This document shows positions 38,875 to 47,517 of a DNA stretch of 64,000 nucleotides, one piece after another. The stretch comes from Anaeramoeba ignava BMAN (lineage: Eukaryota > Protista > Anaeramoebae). The first letter of the stretch is position 1. The number at the start of each line of letters is the position of its first letter. Below the pieces are notes generated by a model. The model made no database searches, had not been told where the DNA came from, and saw only the letters and a program-made list of their open reading frames with translations. The position numbers were made by a program, and so were the translations under genes. The stretch lies in contig JAPDFW010000114.1 in assembly GCA_028826165.1 (NCBI GenBank), positions 558,001-622,000 of the forward strand. Reading direction: 5' to 3'.

Positions 38875-40044
38875 TTAATTTTTATCCATTAAAGAAATTC
38901 CTATTTCTTTGTATTTTTCTTTTAAAATCCATTGATCCTGGAAACTAGAAAGTGAAGCTAAAATTGATCCTCCAATCCAAACTGAATATTTTCTTTCAGG
39001 AGGTGAAATAATTTTTGTTTTTGTTTTTGTTTTTGTATTTGAAGGAACTAATTTAATAATTTCTTTTTCAATTCTTTCAACAATTCCTGGAAATAATGTT
39101 GAACCACCTGATAAAATAATATTTCCAAAAAGATATTTTCTTATATCTTCTTTGCATTTCATAATTGAATTATAAATCATTTTATGAACTCCTGAATATT
39201 CTAATCCAAGCAAAGAAGGCTGGAATAAAAGTTCTGTACATCTAAATCTTTCATTTCCAATTGGAATAATTTGACCATCAGGTAATTCATATTTTGTTTC
39301 AATTAATTTTTGATGTTTTTCCATTTCTTCATCAAAATCCAAAGCAACATATCCAAGTTTTTCTTTAATATCTCTAACAATTTCTCTTTCTATATTTGTT
39401 TCAAATGAATTCCCTTTTTCATTTAATAATTTCATTAAATATTCAGTTAAATCTCTTCCTGCCAAATCCATTCTTTTTATTGTATCAGGAAAAGCATATC
39501 CTTCATAAATTGAAACAACAGAAGTAACTCCATCACCAATATCAACAACAACTCCTGAACCTTTTCCTGATGAATAAAGTGATAAAACTGGTGAATTTTC
39601 AACATAAAATGCTGGTACATTAAATGTTTCAAACATAATTTGTGCCATTTTCTCTTTATTTGATTTTGGATTTAATGGAACTTCACTTATTAAAATTGGG
39701 TATTCTTCAGGTTTAACTCTTAATTCATTTTCAAAAGTATAATTCCAAATCTTTTCCATATCATCCCAATTCGTTACTATTCCATGTTCTATTGGATAAT
39801 TTAAATTTAATATTCCACTTTTGGATTGAGCTTCATCTCCAATATAATATTCTTTTTCTTCTTTTTCAATTTTATCTCCTGAATTTCTTGGTCTTCCAAT
39901 TATTGAAGAAAAAAATGTTCTTGGTGCATCATCTCCTGCAAATCCTGCTTTAATCATTCTTGAACCATTATCAATAACTAATGCTTTAATTTGATTTTCA
40001 ATTTCATTTGAATTATTTTCTTTTTTAGATAAATTTGATCCCAT
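38875..40044 (-). CDS. act: Divergent actin, paralog 8 (389 aa, inverted) with MGSNLSK N-extension, G15R and an aberrant C-terminus
   Basis: [36 protein letters not shown]; ends ISLMDKN instead of VHRKCF. Confidence 0.92.
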   Translation of the reverse strand: MGSNLSKKENNSNEIENQIKALVIDNGSRMIKAGFAGDDAPRTFFSSIIGRPRNSGDKIEKEEKEYYIGDEAQSKSGILNLNYPIEHGIVTNWDDMEKIWNYTFENELRVKPEEYPILISEVPLNPKSNKEKMAQIMFETFNVPAFYVENSPVLSLYSSGKGSGVVVDIGDGVTSVVSIYEGYAFPDTIKRMDLAGRDLTEYLMKLLNEKGNSFETNIEREIVRDIKEKLGYVALDFDEEMEKHQKLIETKYELPDGQIIPIGNERFRCTELLFQPSLLGLEYSGVHKMIYNSIMKCKEDIRKYLFGNIILSGGSTLFPGIVERIEKEIIKLVPSNTKTKTKTKIISPPERKYSVWIGGSILASLSSFQDQWILKEKYKEIGISLMDKN

Positions 40045-40205
40045 TTTTGGATTGTTGAAAAAAAAAAATGAAAAAAATAAAAATGAAAAAATTCTTAATT
40101 GAAAATTGCTTTTTTTCTTTTCTTTTATTTCTTTTAATTAAAGAAAAGAAAAGAATTGGAAAAATGAAGTTGAAAGAAAAATGGATTTGTTTTCTTTTTT
40201 TTTTC

Positions 40206-41257
40206 TTAAAGTTTTAAAAGCAATTTTCCTTTTGTTTTTCTTGATTCAAAATCTTTGTGAAATTGAACAATTTCTTCTAAAGGTCTGATTTCTCCAATTT
40301 CAATTTTAAGTTCCTATTTTTGTTTTTAAATTTAAATTTAAATTTAAATTAAAAAAAATTTGGAAAGAAAAATTGATTAAAAAAATTTTTTACTCCTTTA
40401 GAAATCAATCCAAGAATATCATTTGCTCTTTGACAAAATTCTTCACGAGTAAGAAGATGATGAAACAAAGTTGGACGAATAAGAGAAATGGAATTAATTA
40501 ATTGAAGAGGAGAAATAGGATCAACAGGACCAGAAGCATTTCCAAAAGTGATCAAAGAACCTCTAATTTTCAAGCATTTCAAAGACTTCATAAAAGTAGT
40601 TTTTCCGACACCATCATAAACAACATTAACACCATCAGGACAAATCTTTCTCACTTCAACTTCGAAATCTTGTTGAGAATACAAAATGACATGATCCGCT
40701 CCAAAACTTTTAGAAATTTTTGCCTTCTCTTCAGTTGAAGTAGTTGTGATCACATTTGCCCCCAATTTTTTTGCCAGTTGAGTTAAAAGAATACCAACAC
40801 CACCAGCACCTGCATGAATCAAACACCAATCATCTTTTTGGATCGGATAACTTGAATGAACAAGATAATGAGCTGTCATTCCTTGAAGCATTGCAGCAAC
40901 AGCATGTTCAAAAGAAACATTATCAGGAATTTTTACAACATTATCAATTTTCACTTTGGAATATTCGGCATATCCCCCTGAATTTGCTTGAATAAACGAA
41001 ACTCGATCGTTTAATTTAAATTCTTTTTGATCATAATCTTCTGGTAATTCATGAACTGTTCCTGCACCTTCTAATCCTAATGTATGTGGTAATTCTGGAA
41101 CTGGATATAATCCTGATCTTAAATAAATATCAATAAAATTTAATCCTGCAAATGAATTTTTTATAACCATGTATCCTGTTGTTGCTTTTGGAATTGGAAT
41201 TTGTTCGATTTTCATTTTTTCTGCATCTCCTGTTTCGTGAATAACAACTGCTTTCAT
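40206..41257 (-). CDS. qor: NADPH:quinone oxidoreductase (Qor/zeta-crystallin, MDR family); exons 41257-40394 and 40313-40206
   Basis: GLNFIDIYLRSGLYP, LGLEGAG, AAMLQGMTAHYL, LIHAGAGGVG, VVYDGVGK, FGNASG. The spliced tail ELKIEIG...ESRKTKGKLLL completes the fold. Confidence 0.9.
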
Positions 41258-41324
41258 TTTTTTGTTTTGATTAATTGATTGAAAAGAATTTGAATTATTA
41301 TTTTTTTGTGAAATGAAAAATGAT

Positions 41325-42507
41325 TTTTTTTATTTTTAAATTTTTTTAAATATTTTTAATATAAATTAATTTATGAAATAATTATAAATTAATTTAAAAT
41401 TATTTAATATTAAAGAATATAATTTAATCCAAAAATATTATTATTAATAATAATCCAAAAAATTTTAATAATTTAATTCAAAAAAAAATAATTTTTTTTC
41501 CATTTTTTTATTTTTAAATTTTTTTCAATATTTTTAATATAAATTAATTTATGGAATAATTATAAATTAATTTAAAATTATTTAATATTAAAGAATATAA
41601 TTTAATCAAAAATATTATTATTAATAATAATCCAAAAATTTTAATAATTTAATTCAAAAAAAAATAATTTTTTTTCCATTTTTTTTATTTTTAAATTTTT
41701 TTAAATATTTTTAATTTAAATTAATTTATGAAATAATTATAAATTAATTTAAAATTATTTAATCTTAAAAATATAATTTAATCCAAAAATATTATTATTA
41801 ATAATAATCCAAAAATTTTAATAATTTAATTCAAAAAAAAATAATTTTTTTTACATTTTTTTATTTTTAAATTTTTTTAAATATTTTTAATTTAAATTAA
41901 TTTATGGAATAATTATAAATTAATTTAAAATTATTTAATATTAAAGAATATAATTTAATCCAAAAATATTATTATTAATAATAATCCAAAAATTTTAATA
42001 ATTTAATTCAAAAAAAAATTAATTTTTTTTCCATTTTTTTATTTTTAAATTTTTTTCAATATTTTTAATATAATTTAATTTATTAAATAATTATAAATTA
42101 ATTTAAAATTATTTAATCTTAAAGAATATAATTTAATCAAAAATATTATTATTAATAATAATCCAAAAATTTTAATAATTTAATTCAAAAAAATTAATTT
42201 TTTTCCATTTTTTTATTTTTAAATTTTTTTCAATATTTTTAATATAAATTAATTTATGAAATAATTATAAATTAATTTAAAATTATTTAATCTTAAAAAA
42301 TATAATTTAATCCAAAAATATTATTAATAATAATAATCCAAAAAATTTTAATAATTTAATCCAAAAAAAAATTAATTTTTTTTCCATTTTTTTATTTTTA
42401 AATTTTTTTAAATATTTTTAATTTAAATTAATTTATGAAATAATTATAAATTAATTTAAAATTATTTAATCTTAAAGAATATAATTTAATCCAAAAATAT
42501 TATTATT
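41325..42507. repeat. Tandem satellite of about 177-bp units (174-179 bp), about 6.7 copies, almost pure A/T, in a divergent intergenic region
   Basis: Anchor ATG(A/G)AATAATTATAAATTAATTTAAAATT (one copy variant) recurs at 41373, 41551, 41728, 41904, 42082, 42256, 42435. Confidence 0.95.
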
Positions 42508-42551
42508 TTTTTTCATTTTTTTTTCTTTCATTTTTTTTTTCTTTTTCAAAA

Positions 42552-45500
42552 ATGAAAATTCAAGAACTTAGAAAAAAATTTTCATTAAATGAAACTGAAG
42601 TCCTTTTAAATGACTATTCTTGTGCAATTAAAAAGAGTATATTATTTCATGGAAGAATGTATGTTACACAAAACTTTGTGTGTTTCTATTCCAATATTTT
42701 TGGACATATAGAAAAAGTGAAAATATCATTTGATGAAATTGTTCAAATTAAGAAGTCATCAATTTTAAGAATAATTCCTAATTCATTGAAGATTATAACA
42801 AAAGACAACAAGTATTTCTTTGCTTCTTTTGTTTCACGAGATCGTACTTTTAAACTTTTAAAGGAGATTCTTCAAAAACATCAAAAAGAAGCAAAGAAAA
42901 AAAACAAAGATTCAAAAAAAGTTGATTTCCAAACACTTTCATCAACAGAAACAAGAACAAGTGATTTTTCTTCTGATATGGATGAAGACGAAAATGAAAA
43001 TGAGAATGAAAATATGAATTTCATTGAAAATGATAATCAAAATATAAATGAAGAGGATAGTGATTTTGGAGATGAAACAACTCAAATAGAAAGAGATGTT
43101 GAAAATATTCTCACTCTTTCTTCTTCTTCCTCTTCAGAAGATCTTCTTGAATTACCTAATTCACCAAATATTGAAGAAACTGAAACTGTTGGTTTATATT
43201 TTTTAGATAAAATGGAACAAAGAGATTATATTTTTAATGAAATTGAAATTCATGAATCAAATGATTTTTATTCAGATACTCAAAGCGATATTTCAGGTCA
43301 TTTAGTGAAAAAGAATTCTTTCAGCAAACAAATTTCCCTTGCTGAGCCAAGAATTTCACATAGTGGATATTTAAAATTTCAAGTGAATTCATTTATTAAA
43401 TTAAAATTTATTTATTAAAATTAATATTAAAATTTATTAAATTAATATTAAAATTTATTAAATTAATATTCATTTATTAAATTAATAAAATTTATTAAAT
43501 TAATATTAAAATTTATTAATTTAAAATTAAAATTTATTAAATTAAAATTAAAATTTATTAAATTAAAATTCATTCATTAAATTAAAAAGGATAACAAATC
43601 ATCAACTTGGAAAATTCGCTATTTCATTTTAAGAGGAAGTGAATTATCATATTACCATAATGAATATCGTTCAAAAAGACTTGGAATAATCAATGTTTTA
43701 GATTCAAAAATATCTAACAACTTCAAAAGAAATGAATCACCTCCTGGTTACATTTTCAAATTGAAAACTCCAAATAAACAATATCAATTAATTGCTACAC
43801 GAAAAGATGAAATTAGCAGATGGACAACAGCTATCAATAATGTTAAACTTCAAACACAAAGAGTGTTAAGCTTTAGAAAAGGATATCATGATTTTGATGA
43901 AGATGATGAAATTGAAGAAGATGATGAAAATGATGATGATGACAATGATAATGATTTTAATGATTTTAGTCATAATTTTGATGAAAATGAACTTTTGGAT
44001 GATCAAGACGAAGATTTGATGGATGATGATTTGAAAGATAATCAAGACTCTAATTTAGTGCAAGAATTGGATGATTCAGAAGAAAAACAAAAAGGTGAAA
44101 TTCCAGAAAAAGATAAAGACAAAATGAAAGAACAAGATTATTATTCAATTGATTCGGGAATGATTCAATTATTTGAGGATAAAAAATTGATTGAAAATTA
44201 TTGTTCTGAAGAAAAGAAACTTTCATATCAAGATCCAATTGATGTTTTCACAAAATTGATCAATTCAGATATTTTCAGTGCTTTTATTTCGTTATATTAT
44301 TCGAATTCAAGATTGACTACAGAATTTTTTACTGAAATGTCGAGGAAAATATCATCCATTAGCGATTGGGAAGTAGATCAAGATTTTGTTTTGAAAAGAG
44401 AAATTTCATATTTGCAATTGTCGCAATCTTCGCCTGAAATATCTCGGAAAGATCAACACAAACTGCTTGTTTTTTCGGAAAAAAACTTCCAATTAGAAAT
44501 ATCATCAACATTCGAAAACTTAAATAGTCCAGGTTTAAATCAATTAATTATACTTCATGATGTTAATTTTGAATCTGAAAAAGTTACTCGTTTAAAAATT
44601 TATTTAATTCCCAAATTCAGAGCCAATACTGATCAAAAACTACAGATTAAAATCATTGATACAATTAAATTATCAATGCAAAAATGGTTTGAATTTGCAG
44701 AAAAGGAGGTTGAATTGTTTCAGAAAATATTCGAAGGGAAATTACAACAGAAAAAAAAAATTCAAGAAGAAGAAATCAAATCAAAACTTGATAAGGAAAT
44801 TCAATTGAAAAAAAAAGTTGCAATTCAAAGTGAATCAAAAATTCAAACCAAAAATCAAATTGAACAAAAAGACAAAAATATATTGGAATTGTTGGAGAAT
44901 AATCAAAACAACATCTCTTTAAAACAATCCAAAAAAGAAGAACAAAAACAAGAAAAAGAACAACAAAAAGAAAAAGAAAAAGAAAAAGAAAAAGAAAAAG
45001 AAGAAGAAAAAGAAGAAGAAAAAGAAGAAGAAGAACAGAAAACAATTTTAGTTGATGAAAATTCCTTTTTATTTGGAGAAAATAAATTGAACCGATTGAC
45101 AAATCAAGCAAGAGTTCTCATTTTAGTGCTTTTCTTATTGATTTTTATCGGTTTTATTGTTGAAGTTCGATTTTTTAGATTTACAAAAAAACAAGCAAAT
45201 GAAATTTCTTCACTTCAAAATGAATTTAATTTGATTGAGAAAAATTTGATATCTTTTTATGATCAATATGAATATCAATATAAACAATCAAAAGTTAATG
45301 AGATTCCATTGATAGTTACTCAACAATATTTCCAAAATTTATTTCATGTTTGGAAAATAAACCTTCAAGATTTTGTGAAAAATATTCAAGAAATTAATCG
45401 AGGATTAAATAGTTGGGAAATAGAAACATTAAAATTTGATCATTTATTGACAAGTAGTTTTGATGGAAAATTGAATCCTTTCCAAAATTTTTTTGTTGAT

Positions 45501-45749
45501 TCAGAAACTAAAAAATTCCGTTTTCCAAATTATGATTTAAAATTAAAAGAAGATCAAGAAAAGAAAGATGAAAAAGAAACAAAAAATTCCATTTTCAAAA
45601 TTCCATCAAAAACCAAATTTATTTTCTTTGTTTTAGTTTTATCAGGAATTTTTAGTTTTGTTTATTATTTTTCTTCATTTTTAAGAGATATTTTCTTTAT
45701 TTTTTTATCAAAATTTGGAATAATTGAAAAAAATGGAAAAGATGATTAA
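42552..45749 (+). CDS. GRAM + PH + VASt(StARkin)-like + transmembrane protein (LAM/GRAMD1-like lipid transfer protein); exons 42552-43382 and 43590-45749
   Basis: GRAM DYSCAI..ILFHGRMYVTQNFVCFYSNIFG...YFFASFVSRDRTF; PH HSGYLKFQ|..WKIRYFILRGSELSYY...W..AI; VASt-like ISDW...KREISY; two hydrophobic TM segments. Confidence 0.78.
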
Positions 45750-45897
45750 AAAAAAGAAAAAGATGAATAATTATTTTAAATATTTAGTAAAAAGAAAAAA
45801 AATAAAAAAAAATTTTTTTTTCTTTTTAAATTTTTTTTCATTTTTATTTTTTTTTCACTCTTAAAGTACTAAATTTGTACGTCTCAGAACACATTCG

Positions 45898-47308
45898 ATG
45901 TCTGGTGATAGAACGAGAGTGTATTCACAAAGAAAGAAAGATTATCTTATTAGAGTTGGAGAATATCTCCGAAAATATAAAAGAATTATTGTTGCATCAT
46001 GCAATAATGTATCAGCAAATCAAATTCAATCAATTAGAAAAACATTACTTGGCAAAGCAATTCTTTTAATGGGAAAAAATGTAAACAACAACAAAAACAA
46101 CTTAATTTTTATTTTTAATTTTTAATTTTAATTTTATTTTTAATTTCAATTTTATTTTAATTTTAATTTTAATTTTAATTTTAATTTTAATTTTAATTTT
46201 AATTTTAATTTTAATTTTAATATTAATTTTAATTTTATTTTTAATTTTAATTTTATTTTAAATTTTAATTTTAATTTTAATTTTAATTTTAATTTTAATT
46301 TTAATTTTAATTTTAATATTAATTTTAATTTTAATTTTAATTTTAATTTTGATTTTAATTTTAATTTTAATTTTAAATTTAAATTTAATTTTATTTTAAT
46401 TATAATTTTATAAATGAATTTTAATTTTATTTTAATTTTAATTATAATTTTAATTTTAATTTTAATTATAATTTTAATTTTAATTTTAATTTCAATTTTA
46501 GACAATGATGAAAAAAGCAATTCGTGAAAATCTTAATGTAGACCCAAAACTTACTCAACTTTCAACCGTTTTAAGAGGAAATGTTGGATTATTTTTCTCA
46601 GATGAAAACTTAAACGAACTTACAGAACAAATCACATCCTTAACAATATCAGCACCAGCAAAAGCAGGAGCAGTAGCACCAAACGATGTAATTGTCCCAG
46701 CAGGATTAACAGGACTTGAACCAACACAAACATCATTTCTTCAAGCTTTGAACATCAACACAAGAATTACAAAAAGACAAATTGAAATCATAAGTGATGT
46801 CCATTTGATTCGTAAAGGAGAAAAAGTCGGTTCCAGTGAAGCTGCATTACTTTCTAAGCTAAACATCAACCCCTTTATTTACGGAATGAAAGTTCTTTGG
46901 ATTTATGATGGTGGATACTTGTATCATCCAAAAGTTCTCAAAATTACTCCTGACATGATTGGAAATAAACTTCGAAAAGGAATCGAAGACATGACAGCTT
47001 TAGGTCTTGCCCTCAATTATCCCCTTCAAACTTCTGTTCCTTACTTGATTTCAAATACATTCCAAGATATCCTTGCTTTATCTATTGCTACTGGTTTTGA
47101 AATTGAAGAAGCTCGTGAAATTCGTGAATTCCTTGCTGATCCTTCTAAGTTTGTTGTTGAACAAGAACCTGTTGATGAACCAGAAAAAAAAGACGATAAT
47201 GAAGATGAGAAAAAAGATGATGCTCCAAAATCAGATAAATCGGATCAACAAGATTCTGATGATGGAAGTGGTGGTGATCTCTTTGGTGGAGGTGGTTTAT
47301 TCGATTAA
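45898..47308 (+). CDS. RPLP0: 60S acidic ribosomal protein P0 (uL10); exons 45898-46080 and 46502-47308
   Basis: NVSANQIQSIRK.L.GKAILLMGKN|TMMKKAIR, RGNVGLFF, APAKAGAVAP.DV.VPAG.TGLEP.QTSFLQALNI, acidic tail ending GLFD. Confidence 0.96.
46105..46498. repeat. (TTTTAA)n repeat filling the RPLP0 intron (46081-46501)
   Basis: Direct inspection. Confidence 0.9.
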
Positions 47309-47361
47309 ATTTTACTTTTTCATTTTTTCAGTTTAAAAAATTTTCCACAAACAAAACCTTT

Positions 47362-47401
<40 letters not shown>

Positions 47402-47517
47402 TTTTAAAAAAAAAAACAGTTTTGAAGTTACTTTTCTCTTTTGAAATAAAACTTTTTTTTTTTTAAAAAATTTTATTTTTTTTTTCATTTTTTTTTTCAT
47501 TTTAAATTTAAAATTAA

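Noticed and set aside
41325-42507. CRISPR-like array
   Set aside because: Whole units repeat with no unique spacers, there are no cas genes, and the context is eukaryotic.
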